Part shown: piece after piece, positions 1-8,989 of the stretch | Layout of the letters: each line of letters starts with the position of its first letter | Numbering within the stretch: the first letter of the stretch is position 1 | Assembly (NCBI RefSeq): GCF_012955605.1 | Contig: NZ_CP052135.1 | Span: 1,972,711-1,996,710 of the forward strand | Direction of reading: 5' to 3' | Source: Bacillus fonticola | GTDB lineage: Bacteria > Bacillota > Bacilli > Bacillales > JC228 | DNA: 24,000 bases | Translations under genes and position numbers: made by a program | Notes under the pieces: model-generated | What the model was told of the DNA's origin: nothing | Seen by the model: only the letters and a program-made list of their open reading frames with translations | Database searches by the model: none

Positions 1-575
1 GAGGCACTCATGTTCGGGTTGACCACTTCCACTGCTGCAAGTGGCGCCACTGTGGGAAGTTCAACCCCCATTTTGTGAGCAATAGAAACAGCATTTTGCA
101 AAATGTGTTGTTTTTCCTCTAGTGTAGGAGCAATATTCATGCCCGCATCGGTGATATACAAAAATTTGTCGTATCCCGGCACCTCAAAAATAGCCACATG
201 CGACAATAACTTACCTGAGCGCAACCCGTGTTCTTTATTTAGAACTGCTTTCAAAATTGTCGATGTGGGTACATTCCCCTTCATGAGAACATTCGCCTCG
301 TTTTGTCGCACTGCGCGTACGGCCTGTTGGCAGGCGATGACCTCATCAGACGTGTGCACACAAGTTACGTGGTCGTCTTTTAGTAATTCCGGGGTATGTT
401 CTTCAAGTGTATCAAAGAGTTTATGGCGATCACCGTATAATAAGAAATCACATAATTGCTCTTCACGAGCCCGCCTGACCGCCTCAAGAACAAGCAAATC
501 TTCAGCTGCTGCCACAGCTACAGTTACTTGTTTCTGTACGGCTGTTTGTGTTTGTTGCAATTGCTCAAATGACAA
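1..575 (-). CDS. ptb: phosphate butyryltransferase (Ptb), N-terminal ~191 codons; 3' end lies beyond the window start
   Basis: Absent from the ORF track because it runs off the window. My minus-strand translation from TTG (575-573) reads (M)SFEQLQQTQTAVQKQVTVAVAAAEDLLVLEAVRRAREEQL...NVLMKGNVPTSTILKAVLNKEHGLRSGKLLSHVAIFEVPGYDKFLYITDAGMNIAPTLEEKQHILQNAV... This closely resembles the phosphate acetyl/butyryl transferase family as I recall B. subtilis Ptb. RBS GGAAAGGGTG (592-583) lies 7 nt upstream. It sits directly downstream of bkdR and a sigma-54 promoter, as in the B. subtilis bkd operon. Confidence 0.8.
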   Translation of the reverse strand, partial: MSFEQLQQTQTAVQKQVTVAVAAAEDLLVLEAVRRAREEQLCDFLLYGDRHKLFDTLEEHTPELLKDDHVTCVHTSDEVIACQQAVRAVRQNEANVLMKGNVPTSTILKAVLNKEHGLRSGKLLSHVAIFEVPGYDKFLYITDAGMNIAPTLEEKQHILQNAVSIAHKMGVELPTVAPLAAVEVVNPNMSA

Positions 576-602
576 CGGATAACACCCTTTCCTTTTACTA
601 GT

Positions 603-618
603 TGCAAGATGTATGCCA
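603..618 (-). promoter_or_regulatory. sigma-54 (SigL) -24/-12 promoter for ptb/bkd operon
   Basis: The minus strand reads TGGCAT-ACATC-TTGCA, matching the TGGCAC-N5-TTGCW consensus with exact GG/GC spacing. It lies about 28 nt upstream of the ptb TTG start, immediately downstream of a sigma-54 activator gene. Confidence 0.75.
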
Positions 619-702
619 ACCATTACATGTGCATTTACGGCATATATTCACGAAAACATTTTCACAGTATGAAGATTTCTTCACGAAGATACGTGCACGT
701 AT

Positions 703-2757
703 TTATTTTTCTAATTTGTTATACAACGTACGAACCGAAACGCCTAAAGATTTTGCGGCTTCGGTTTTATTTCCGTTATGTGAAGAAATAGCCGACAATA
801 TGCATTGTGTCTCATAGGCACGGACCCGATTCGCTAAGGTATCCTCTTGAGCTTCAGTATACTGATTAATTGGACTAGCTTTACTAAGACGTGGCATTAG
901 AGTAGGTAGATGGCAAAGCGATAATTTCTGTTCATGAAACTCCATAAAAATCATAGCTCGCCCAATTATATTCTCCAACTCTCTTACATTTCCAGGCCAA
1001 TCGTACGCTCGAAGCTGCTCCAAAACGGCCGGATCAACCTCTTCTACGTTCCGACCGTAGTCTTGATTCAACTTCTCAACGAGGCGTAGTACAAGTGCCG
1101 GTAAGTCTTCTTTTCTTTTTTTCAACGGCGGGATATGGATCGGCATTCGACTTAGACGATAGTACAAGTCTTCCCTAAATCTTCCCGCAGACATTTCTTT
1201 TTCTAGATTTACGTTTGTTGCAGAAATAACACGGACGTCTACCGAAATAGGTTTCGTACCTCCAACGCGAACAATTTCCTTTTCTTGAAGTACTCTTAAT
1301 AATTTTGCCTGCGTATGTAGAGGAAGTTCCCCAATTTCATCTAAGAGAATGGTGCCTTTATCAGCCTCTTCAAAGAAGCCTTTTTTACCGCCGCGAGAGG
1401 CACCTGTGAAGGATCCCTCTTCGTACCCGAACAGTTCACTTTCCAGAAGATGTTCGTGGATAGCCGCGCAATTCACACGAATGAACTTGTTATACTTACG
1501 TTCACTTGCATTATGAATAGCATGGGCAAATAGCTCTTTGCCCGTTCCAGACTCCCCCCGTAATAAAATGGTGGCGGGTGTACGTGCTGCAAGTTTTGCC
1601 TGTTCGATAGCTAACACCATTTCTTCTGCTTCTCCAATAATATCTTCAAACGTATATTTTGCTTCCAAAGAACGAATGATACGGCGTGCCCGATGCAACT
1701 CGGTCGTAAGCGACTGAATCTCCGACATATCGTGGATGACCCCAACGCTTCCCTTTAAAATGCCACCAACGATAATGGGAGCAACGTTTACGATTACCTC
1801 TCGTCGTCTTGGTCCCACCTTCATACGAACTCCACGCATTGGTTTTCGTGTTTGCAACACCTTCAGATGAACACTTTCACCTTCAGATATATCTATCGTG
1901 GCTGGTTTTCCGACAACATCTTTTTCACTAAGACCCGTAATTCTTGTATAAGCAGGATTAATTAACAGACCATTTCCTTTGTCATCAACTACTGTAATCG
2001 CATCATCAGAAGAATGAATGATAGCTTGAAGCATCGTGCGAATCTCTTCTAAATTCGTCACTTGCTCTGCTAATTGAACCACTTCAGTGATATCTTTAAA
2101 AACAGCTACCGCCCCAAACAGTACCCCACGATCATCAATGAGCGGGGTACGTGTAGTCACGATTTTTACTCCATTATGTAAAACAAGCTCTTGATTAGCT
2201 TCGGTTCTCTTCGTTTCCAAAACTCTTGGCAAGCCACTGTCTGGTATAACAGATAGTACATGCTGGTGTTGAACTTCTTGTTCACGTATGCCTACCATAC
2301 GTTGAGCACTTTTGTTTACGTAAAGAACTCTTGCTTGTTCATCGACAACGATCATCCCATCATCTGTTGAGTTGAAAATAAGATCCTGTTTAAACGATTG
2401 ATGTCTAAGAGCTTGGATGAGACCTTCCTTCTCTTCCATTAAGCGGGCTAAAATGTAGGCTACACTACCAGGGATCAACACAGTTCGCTTATGCCTTTTG
2501 TCACGAATGGCGCGAAATACGTCTTCTTTCCCTGTTACCTCTATTACAATGTCTATTTCTTTAGTCAAGAAAGCTTCCCATTCTGTGCCCGTAGAAATGC
2601 CAAGAGAAGCCGCCAGCCTCGTGCCAACGGCGTCTTTTTTGAGATCAATGACCCCCACTACTTGGAACGAGTCGGTTTTCGCTAGCATTTTTAAGATCGA
2701 AGTGCCTCCCTGTCCCGCTCCTACAATGAGTACCTTTTGTTTCATAAGGTGTAGCAC
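703..2757 (-). CDS. bkdR: sigma-54-dependent transcriptional activator, BkdR-like (N-terminal GxGxxG domain, PAS domains, AAA+ sigma-54 interaction domain, C-terminal Fis-type HTH)
   Basis: 684-aa ORF. Walker A is GESGTGKE, and ESELFGYEEGSFTGA corresponds to the GAFTGA sigma-54 contact loop. It also has WPGNVRELEN and a C-terminal NKTEAAKSLGVSVRTLYNKL HTH. The track start is GTG at 2757; an ATG at 2745 (MKQKVLIVGAG...) is an equally plausible start. Confidence 0.85.
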   Translation of the reverse strand: MLHLMKQKVLIVGAGQGGTSILKMLAKTDSFQVVGVIDLKKDAVGTRLAASLGISTGTEWEAFLTKEIDIVIEVTGKEDVFRAIRDKRHKRTVLIPGSVAYILARLMEEKEGLIQALRHQSFKQDLIFNSTDDGMIVVDEQARVLYVNKSAQRMVGIREQEVQHQHVLSVIPDSGLPRVLETKRTEANQELVLHNGVKIVTTRTPLIDDRGVLFGAVAVFKDITEVVQLAEQVTNLEEIRTMLQAIIHSSDDAITVVDDKGNGLLINPAYTRITGLSEKDVVGKPATIDISEGESVHLKVLQTRKPMRGVRMKVGPRRREVIVNVAPIIVGGILKGSVGVIHDMSEIQSLTTELHRARRIIRSLEAKYTFEDIIGEAEEMVLAIEQAKLAARTPATILLRGESGTGKELFAHAIHNASERKYNKFIRVNCAAIHEHLLESELFGYEEGSFTGASRGGKKGFFEEADKGTILLDEIGELPLHTQAKLLRVLQEKEIVRVGGTKPISVDVRVISATNVNLEKEMSAGRFREDLYYRLSRMPIHIPPLKKRKEDLPALVLRLVEKLNQDYGRNVEEVDPAVLEQLRAYDWPGNVRELENIIGRAMIFMEFHEQKLSLCHLPTLMPRLSKASPINQYTEAQEDTLANRVRAYETQCILSAISSHNGNKTEAAKSLGVSVRTLYNKLEK

Positions 2758-2847
2758 CGACCTTTGAATAAGTTTTCATACTATTAACAACTATGTGTGA
2801 CAATTCTTTCACACTCACTACTCGTAGTGTATCGTATTCTTCACAAC

Positions 2848-2875
2848 TTGACAATCGTCTTTCATGCGATAGGAT
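2848..2875 (+). promoter_or_regulatory. putative sigma-A promoter for the small plus-strand membrane protein gene
   Basis: Perfect -35 TTGACA (2848-2853), a 16-nt spacer, then -10 TAGGAT (2870-2875), about 70 nt upstream of the GTG start at 2948. Hexamer match only. Confidence 0.3.
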
Positions 2876-2947
2876 GTGAGTAAGCCGTCCTTTTAAATAT
2901 GGGACGATCCATCTCATTGTTGAAAGAAGTAGAAAGGTGGAATTGAT

Positions 2948-3199
2948 GTGGTGAGGATTTTTGCATTGTTAGTTCTAGTTGTTCCCGGTTTTCTAGCCGG
3001 ATACGGGATTAAAATAATGAGAGATATGACTTTCGCTATTTTGCAACCTCCGTTTCCTGCACTATGGGTGCAAGGGATCATTGGCCTTTTGTTCACTGTT
3101 TTAGGCATTGCCTTTGTCGCCGGATTTATCCTACACCGTGACCGAAAGCGAAATAACGTACAAAAACGATTCCAAAAGCAAAACCGAGCCACCCGCTAA
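2948..3199 (+). CDS. small two-TM membrane protein, DUF2627/YqzF-like
   Basis: 83-aa ORF with GTG start 7 nt after a strong RBS AAAGGTGGA (2932-2940). Two hydrophobic helices are followed by a basic tail HRDRKRNNVQKRFQKQ. It resembles my recollection of B. subtilis YqzF, which I have not verified. It is followed by an intrinsic terminator. Confidence 0.7.
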   Translation: MVRIFALLVLVVPGFLAGYGIKIMRDMTFAILQPPFPALWVQGIIGLLFTVLGIAFVAGFILHRDRKRNNVQKRFQKQNRATR

Positions 3200-3216
3200 G
3201 GTCGCTCGGTTTTTTT
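3180..3216. terminator. bidirectional intrinsic terminator between convergent genes
   Basis: A 10-bp stem pairs AAAACCGAGC (3180-3189) with GCTCGGTTTT (3204-3213), followed by a T-run to 3216 on the plus strand. On the minus strand the same stem is followed by GCTTTTGG. It lies between the converging 2948-3199(+) and 3246-3989(-) genes. Confidence 0.75.
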
Positions 3217-3245
3217 CAGTAGCAATTACTCATGTAATGAAATGT

Positions 3246-3989
3246 TTATAAGTTCAAACTTGCGTATACATTTTTTGCTTTTAAAGGATCATCTGTAAAA
3301 ATGGCTGTGCATTGCAAACGAAAAAGTTGTTCCATAACTAGTCTTCGGTTCACAGTATACGGGCGCACAGCTATTCCGTTTTCAATCGTTTCCAAAAGCA
3401 CGTCCTGAGTAAGTGATTTCCAGCTCGGATGAATGCCCCGCGCTCCAAACGACTGAACATACTTCCACGGTTGATGAAGTATTTCTTTATACAGTACAGC
3501 TGTTTCAGCATGTGGATCGATTCGAAGCATATGGGCAAGGCTATCATGATTAAATGATGAGTACACGACACGATCCTCAAGCCCAAAATCCTTGACTTCT
3601 TGAACTACACGTTCCTCTAGGTTTGGATAGAAGATAACAGAGTTCTTTAACTCAATATTACAAAGAAGGTTTGTCGTTTTCAACCACCGAAATACCTCTG
3701 ATAAGGTAGGAATACGTTCACCACTACGTGGAAAAATACGTTTGTTTTTCTTGTCGACAATGCGAAGCTGTGTAAGTTCAACATACGTAAAATCCTTCAC
3801 AAACCCTTTACCATTTGTCGTTCGATTGACTGTTTCATCATGAATTACGACAAGTTCGCCATCCTTTGTCATTTGCACGTCTAACTCAATGCCATCAGCG
3901 CCCTCTTGTTCAGCCCTTTGAAACGACACAAGCGTGTTTTCCGGTTCACGTACACTCGATCCGCGATGTGCAAAAATCAAAGTGCCCAT
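3246..3989 (-). CDS. glycerophosphodiester phosphodiesterase (GDPD/GlpQ-UgpQ family, YqiK-like)
   Basis: FAHRGSSVREPENTLVSFQRAEQEGADGIELDVQMTKDGELVVIHDETVNRTTNG is the canonical GDPD N-terminal catalytic region (HRG...ENT...E.D...HD). The ORF track starts at 3995, but RBS GGAGGG sits 7 nt before the ATG at 3989, so I place the start there. Confidence 0.85.
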   Translation of the reverse strand: MGTLIFAHRGSSVREPENTLVSFQRAEQEGADGIELDVQMTKDGELVVIHDETVNRTTNGKGFVKDFTYVELTQLRIVDKKNKRIFPRSGERIPTLSEVFRWLKTTNLLCNIELKNSVIFYPNLEERVVQEVKDFGLEDRVVYSSFNHDSLAHMLRIDPHAETAVLYKEILHQPWKYVQSFGARGIHPSWKSLTQDVLLETIENGIAVRPYTVNRRLVMEQLFRLQCTAIFTDDPLKAKNVYASLNL

Positions 3990-4051
3990 AAACATTCCCT
4001 CCAGACTACTTCGGTATAGGTGTCGGATCCTTATGCGTCGTCCTTACCCTT

Positions 4052-4843
4052 TCAAGATGCTTTGTGCTCAAGGCGAAGCTTGTCAGCGACCATTGCGATA
4101 AATTCTGAATTGGTCGGTTTTGCTTTCGTCATGCTCACCGTATAACCGAAGAGGGAAGAGATAGACTCAATGTTTCCACGACTCCACGCTACCTCTATGG
4201 CGTGACGAATAGCACGCTCGACCCGACTTGCCGTAGTGTTGTATTTCTTGGCAATGTCTGGGTATAGCACTTTTGTAATAGAGCCTAATAATTCGATATC
4301 GTTGAAAACCATAGAAATGGCTTCACGTAAATATAAGTATCCTTTTATGTGTGCTGGCACACCAATCTCATGAATAATACTTGTAATACTTGCGTCCAAA
4401 TTGTATTCACGCGGCTCTGGTTGAAAGGAATGTCTCATGGAGCCTGACATTTTTTTCGGCTGCGGAGATTGCGCTCCTCCCATTTGCCGAATAATGTTGG
4501 TCAAATTGTCCATATCAAAAGGCTTTAAAACAAAATAAGACGCACCTAGCTCTACTGCTTTTTTCGTCACGTCCTCTTGACCAAACGCCGTCAGCATTAC
4601 AACGTGTGGAAAGCGAATTCCTTGATCGCGCATTTTTTGTAATACTGCCAGTCCATCAAGATGTGGCATAATGATATCTAATACGAGCACGTCTGGCTCA
4701 GTATTTTCTAATAAAGCAAGACACTCTTGTCCGTTACGAGCAATTCCTACAACGTCCATATCGTCTTGTTCTTGAATATATTCTTCTAGTAATGAAACGA
4801 GCTCTCGGTTATCATCCACTATACATACCTTGATTTTCTTCAC
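4052..4843 (-). CDS. spo0A: sporulation master response regulator Spo0A
   Basis: The receiver domain ([18 protein letters not shown]...[18 protein letters not shown]) and the Spo0A-specific C-terminal DNA-binding domain ([53 protein letters not shown]) are both present. GTG start follows RBS GAGGAGGAAA. B. subtilis spo0A also uses GTG. Confidence 0.97.
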   Translation of the reverse strand: MKKIKVCIVDDNRELVSLLEEYIQEQDDMDVVGIARNGQECLALLENTEPDVLVLDIIMPHLDGLAVLQKMRDQGIRFPHVVMLTAFGQEDVTKKAVELGASYFVLKPFDMDNLTNIIRQMGGAQSPQPKKMSGSMRHSFQPEPREYNLDASITSIIHEIGVPAHIKGYLYLREAISMVFNDIELLGSITKVLYPDIAKKYNTTASRVERAIRHAIEVAWSRGNIESISSLFGYTVSMTKAKPTNSEFIAMVADKLRLEHKAS

Positions 4844-4908
4844 ATTTGTTTCCTCCTCAATTATGTAGCGACCAAAATTTTCATCTATAGTCTATTCTAA
4901 CGTACAGT

Positions 4909-5047
4909 TTCGACAAGGCAATAGAGTATCCCTTTCAATTTTTTATATTTCGTAAAAAAATCTACAAAATCATACCTTTTCTCTTTCTTTCTCTCCAATT
5001 CGACTGTATTCGTCATTTGACAGCAACCACTTAGAAGTTTTGTCGAA
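4909..5047 (-). promoter_or_regulatory. spo0A upstream control region with multiple 0A boxes (TGNCGAA)
   Basis: On the spo0A strand, perfect TGTCGAA at 4915-4909, TGACGAA at 5015-5009 and the one-off AGTCGAA at 5005-4999. There is also a perfect TGTCGAA on the opposite strand at 5041-5047. A possible sigma-H-like element reads AAAGGGATA (4935-4927), N12, then GTCGAAACT overlapping the first box. That promoter assignment is tentative. Confidence 0.6.
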
Positions 5048-5086
5048 AAATCTTTATGTTCCGAACACTGAAATATACCAATGACA

Positions 5087-5128
5087 TAAAAAAAACCCTT
5101 TAAAAGGGTAAACCACTTTTAAAGGGTT
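5087..5128 (-). terminator. intrinsic terminator of spoIVB
   Basis: On the minus strand, AACCCTTTAAAAG pairs with CTTTTAAAGGGTT as a 13-bp perfect stem with a 9-nt loop. The stem starts within the spoIVB stop codon and is followed by a run of 7-8 T. Confidence 0.8.
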
Positions 5129-6407
5129 AGCTTGCTTGGTTTAGATCATTTCCGTACAAATCGATGCCGGCTTCGTCTAACATCCATTCGATATGCACGC
5201 CGTAACCAGACTTCGGGTCATTTACAAATACGTGAGTCACAGCTCCAACTAATTTTCCATCTTGAACGATGGGACTTCCACTCATTCCTTGAACGATACC
5301 ACCTGTTTTTTCAAGCAATCGCGGATCTGTTACTTTAATGACCATCCCCTTTGTTGCTGGGAACTTTTGAGGAATGGTACTGATGATTTCAATATCGAAC
5401 AGCTCAACCTTATCATCATCGACTACCGTTAAAATTTGAGCAGGTCCTTCTTTCACTTGATGACTAAGGGCGATCGACATCGGCTCATCAAGTATTCCGT
5501 TTTGAATGGGGTCTGTCAGTTCCCCAAAGATTCCAAAAGGACTGTTTCGTTTTATATTTCCAATTACTTTTTTGTCTTCAGCAAAACGTGCAAGTTTCTC
5601 TCCAGGGTTTCCCCCACGTCCTTTTTCGATGGACGTGACCATGGAGCGCATGATTTCACCGTCTTGTACAACGATTGGCTCTTTCGTATCCATATCGGAA
5701 ATGACGTGACCGAGAGCGCCATATTTTTTTGACTTCGGCTCATAAAAAGTCATCGTACCAATTCCTGCTGCGGAATCTCGAATGTACAAACCAAGTTTGT
5801 ACTGCGCTTCACCCGATTGCTGAATAGGCATCAACTCAGTCTCAAATGTTTCTTCTTCTCTTCTTACTTCAAGTTGTAATGGCTTCCCATTTTCTCCAGC
5901 TTGCTTGACATAAGGACCGATATCGGACATCTTTTCCACTTTTGTTCCATTGATTTTCGTGATGATGTCGCCAACTTCAATTCCTGCGTTCTCTCCTGGA
6001 GACACACGACCTTCTCCAGTTTCCACTAAATGATGACCAACTACTAAAACGCCAAGCGTATTCAATTTTACACCAATGGATTGACCACCTGGATACACTT
6101 TTAAATCTTTGACGACATCGACATTCACCTTTTTGATTGGAAATCCTGCAAGTTCATACACCATTTCATGCTGACCCACACCACCAGCAGAAATGCTTTG
6201 TTCGCCATCTTGAGCAGTTACTTCAATAGCATTGTCCTGTTCTACAACTTCACCGCCAAATGACGCAAACGTTTCTTCTTGTCCCTCTATAAGGGTAAGA
6301 GAAGTTGGCATGTTAATCCATGCTTGTACAGGGTATAAAAAGGGTAAGATGAGGATGGAAACAAGGAGAAGTATTCCAGCTATCATACGGATTGGGTAAC
6401 GCTTCAT
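5127..6407 (-). CDS. spoIVB: SpoIVB signalling serine peptidase (S55 family, PDZ domain)
   Basis: 426 aa with an N-terminal signal anchor, a PDZ-like region ([21 protein letters not shown]) and the S55 catalytic region (GALGHVISD...[29 protein letters not shown]). RBS GAGGAGAG lies 7 nt upstream. Position between recN and spo0A matches B. subtilis. Confidence 0.93.
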   Translation of the reverse strand: MKRYPIRMIAGILLLVSILILPFLYPVQAWINMPTSLTLIEGQEETFASFGGEVVEQDNAIEVTAQDGEQSISAGGVGQHEMVYELAGFPIKKVNVDVVKDLKVYPGGQSIGVKLNTLGVLVVGHHLVETGEGRVSPGENAGIEVGDIITKINGTKVEKMSDIGPYVKQAGENGKPLQLEVRREEETFETELMPIQQSGEAQYKLGLYIRDSAAGIGTMTFYEPKSKKYGALGHVISDMDTKEPIVVQDGEIMRSMVTSIEKGRGGNPGEKLARFAEDKKVIGNIKRNSPFGIFGELTDPIQNGILDEPMSIALSHQVKEGPAQILTVVDDDKVELFDIEIISTIPQKFPATKGMVIKVTDPRLLEKTGGIVQGMSGSPIVQDGKLVGAVTHVFVNDPKSGYGVHIEWMLDEAGIDLYGNDLNQAS

Positions 6408-6540
6408 TGTTTCACTCTCCTCGTTTCAAAATCCTTGCATTCAGTCTGGCCTAAGGCACTAGTCAATAATAATGCCCCGCGCTTTTTTGAATGGCTACAT
6501 TCTTAATGTTGCCTTCTACATACGCATTTATAACTGGTGA

Positions 6541-6574
6541 AAAAGAGAAAAAAGCTCCTCATGTGAGAGAAGCT
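6541..6574 (-). terminator. intrinsic terminator of recN
   Basis: On the minus-strand RNA, AGCUUCUC pairs with GAGGAGCU (8 bp including one G-U) with a 6-nt loop, followed by UUUUUUCUCUUUU. It starts 10 nt after the recN stop. Confidence 0.7.
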
Positions 6575-6584
6575 TTTTAGAATT

Positions 6585-8267
6585 TTATACGTATAAAGTG
6601 GTTTCCAAAAGTTCCTTCGCATGATCCTTCGTCGCTTTTGTTACATCAGCACCACTCATCATACGGGCAATTTCTTCGACTCGATCGGTTTTAGAAAGTG
6701 GCGAAATCGTTGTATACGTTCTTTTATCTCTATACGCCTTTTGAATCAAGTAATGACAGTTAGCACGTGCTGCTACTTGAGGAAGGTGGGTAATACAAAG
6801 CACTTGACCAAACGAGGCGAGGTAACTAATTTTATCCGCCATTGCTTGTGCTACTCGCCCACTTACCCCAGTATCTACTTCGTCAAAAAGAATGGATACC
6901 GCTGCCTGATGCTGACGGAACACAAGTTTTAACGCCAACATGAACCGCGACAGTTCACCCCCCGACGCTACTTTTGACAAGGGCTTTAATGGCTCTCCAA
7001 GGTTCGCACTAAACAAAATATCACACGTATATGCGCCATCCGCTTGGAACTCGTTACTTCCTGATCGCTTCTCAAACTGGACTTCAATACGTGTTCTTTC
7101 CATATAGAGATCCTGGAGGTGAGCGTGTACTTGTTCTGTTAGCGCTCGTGCACACCGGTTTCGCTCTGCATGAAGGACTTGTGCTTCTAAGACGAGCTCT
7201 TCTTCGACATCCGCTAATTCCTTTTGAAAGCGAGCAATATGACTTTCTCGATTTTCAAGCGACTCTAACTCTTCTTCAATCTTTGAAGCATACTCTAGCA
7301 TTTCTTCTACAGTTGGACCATATTTTTTTTCAAGGCGCTGTAATTCTGCCAAGCGACTTTCCACTTCATTTAGCCTATTTTCATCATAAACAAGATCGTC
7401 TAACAAATGTCGAATCGTTGAGCATTCTTCCTCTAAAGTGTAAAAGGCGTCCGCCACTTTATTATACGTGCTTTTATACGTATCGGAAACGGACTGGACA
7501 TGTTCCAACTGGGAAAGAGACAACCCGACCCAATCCAACCCTTTTTGTTCCCCTTGCAACGCATCATAAGCAGCCTGCAACCCTTTATATAGTTGTTCGT
7601 AGTTAGCTAACTGATCTCTTTCTTGCAGCAAAGCCTCTTCTTCTCCAAGCTGCAGGTTCGCTCCACTAAGCTCGTCAGCTTGATATTTTAAAATATCAAG
7701 ACGCTGTGCTGTTTCTTGTTCGTTTCTTGATAAATCAGCAAGCTTTCGCTTCACACTCACATACGTTCGATACGTCTCACCGTATGTACGCTTCGCTTCG
7801 AATAGTTTCTCAGAACCGAATGAATCTAACAAGGTTAGATGGTGTTTTCGGTCAAGAAGCTGCTGCGTATCGTGTTGCCCATGAACATCAAGCAGACTTT
7901 GACCCACTTCACGTAAGGTGGAAATGGTGACAAGCTTGCCATTAATGCGACACACACTTTTCCCTGTAGCAAAGAGATCTCGTCTTATCACAAGCATCTC
8001 TTCGTCAATTGGAAGACCAAATTCTTGCAAACGGTTCAAGACAGGATGTTTCGGATCGACGTAAAAAAGACCTTCTAATTCTGCTTTGTCTGTACCATGA
8101 CGAACAAAGTCTTGAGAGCCTCTTCTTCCTGCTAGCAGTAAAATAGCATCTATTACGATGGATTTACCTGCACCGGTTTCACCAGTTAATGCCGTCAGAC
8201 CCTCTTGAAACGAAACCGTCAATTCATCAATTATGGCAAAATCCTTAATGGACAATTGTCCTAACAT
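6585..8267 (-). CDS. recN: DNA repair protein RecN (SMC-like ATPase)
   Basis: 560 aa. N-terminal Walker A GETGAGKS in LSIKDFAIIDELTVSFQEGLTALTGETGAGKSIVIDAI, a long coiled-coil middle, and C-terminal signature SGGELSRFMLALK plus Walker B ILFDEVDTGVSG. Confidence 0.95.
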   Translation of the reverse strand: MLGQLSIKDFAIIDELTVSFQEGLTALTGETGAGKSIVIDAILLLAGRRGSQDFVRHGTDKAELEGLFYVDPKHPVLNRLQEFGLPIDEEMLVIRRDLFATGKSVCRINGKLVTISTLREVGQSLLDVHGQHDTQQLLDRKHHLTLLDSFGSEKLFEAKRTYGETYRTYVSVKRKLADLSRNEQETAQRLDILKYQADELSGANLQLGEEEALLQERDQLANYEQLYKGLQAAYDALQGEQKGLDWVGLSLSQLEHVQSVSDTYKSTYNKVADAFYTLEEECSTIRHLLDDLVYDENRLNEVESRLAELQRLEKKYGPTVEEMLEYASKIEEELESLENRESHIARFQKELADVEEELVLEAQVLHAERNRCARALTEQVHAHLQDLYMERTRIEVQFEKRSGSNEFQADGAYTCDILFSANLGEPLKPLSKVASGGELSRFMLALKLVFRQHQAAVSILFDEVDTGVSGRVAQAMADKISYLASFGQVLCITHLPQVAARANCHYLIQKAYRDKRTYTTISPLSKTDRVEEIARMMSGADVTKATKDHAKELLETTLYV

Positions 8268-8282
8268 AAAAGGAGGCCTCCT

Positions 8283-8735
8283 TTATAGCATGTCCAGAAA
8301 GCGGTTTGCGATCACTTCTGTATCTTCAGGAGAACGACAAATAATTAAACAAGTGTCGTCTCCACAAATGGTGCCCAATATTTCTTCCCAATCCAGGTGG
8401 TCTACTAGCGCACCTAAGGCCTGCGCATTGCCTGGCAATGTCTTCATAACAATTAGATGTCCCGCCTTATCCAACCGAACAAATGAATCCATCAGCGAGC
8501 GCTTCAATTTTTGTAGAGGATTAAAGCGCTGATCAGCAGGCAAACTATATTTGTAACGACCGTCCATGAGTGGTACCTTTACCAAATGTAACTCTTTCAT
8601 GTCACGCGAAACCGTTGCTTGTGTCACGGCGAACCCTGCTGCGCGCAATTGTTCAACAAGATCATCCTGTGTTTCAATCTCACGGTTCGTTATAATTTCT
8701 CGAATTTTTATGTGACGCTGTCCTTTACTTAACAC
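8283..8735 (-). CDS. argR: arginine repressor ArgR/AhrC
   Basis: [52 protein letters not shown]...[14 protein letters not shown] is nearly collinear with B. subtilis AhrC as I recall it. The ORF track starts at GTG 8750. However, AAGGTGGAGGG sits there and is positioned 7 nt before the GTG at 8735 (MLSKGQRH...), giving a 150-aa protein like AhrC. Confidence 0.93.
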   Translation of the reverse strand: MLSKGQRHIKIREIITNREIETQDDLVEQLRAAGFAVTQATVSRDMKELHLVKVPLMDGRYKYSLPADQRFNPLQKLKRSLMDSFVRLDKAGHLIVMKTLPGNAQALGALVDHLDWEEILGTICGDDTCLIICRSPEDTEVIANRFLDML

Positions 8736-8957
8736 TACTGTTCCCTCCACCTTCGCTCACAAAACGTATACAAGCTCCCATGCTGAAATCATACCACATT
8801 CAAGACGCTGCTAGAAGCGATTTCAGACTCATTAGCCGAACGTTATAAGTTACAGCTATAGTCTCTGTTAAGCAAAACAAAGCTGTTTTCTAAGGGGTTG
8901 TGCTTTTCCAAAGAACCCTCAGCTAGTAGTGGAGATAACCGCTGCAGAAAGAGCAAA

Positions 8958-8989
8958 GCAAAAAGAGTACTTGTTGCAAAGTACTCTTT
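8958..8989 (-). terminator. intrinsic terminator of tlyA
   Basis: An 11-bp stem pairs AAAGAGTACTT with AAGTACTCTTT around a 6-nt loop (8962-8989). On the minus strand it is followed by TTTTTGCTTTGCTCTTT. It begins 8 nt after the tlyA stop. Confidence 0.75.

Noticed and set aside
103-582. 159-aa plus-strand ORF at the window start
   Set aside because: It is antisense to a well-supported ptb coding sequence. The product is Cys/Ser-rich and low-complexity, typical of a shadow ORF.
2645-3192. Minus-strand ORFs of 90 aa (2645-2917) and 92 aa (2914-3192)
   Set aside because: One overlaps the bkdR start and promoter region, and the other is antisense to the DUF2627-like gene. Neither has an RBS or recognisable motifs.
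3996-4051. Expected terminator downstream of spo0A
   Set aside because: The 56-nt gap contains only a BamHI-type palindrome (GGATCC) and an AAGGA direct repeat, with no stem plus U-tract. I could not support a terminator call, so read-through into the GDPD gene cannot be excluded.
7031-7606. 191-aa plus-strand ORF
   Set aside because: It is fully antisense to recN and is a shadow ORF with no RBS or motifs. The same reasoning applies to the other plus-strand ORFs inside dxs, spoIVB, folD, accC, spoIIIAE and the rest.
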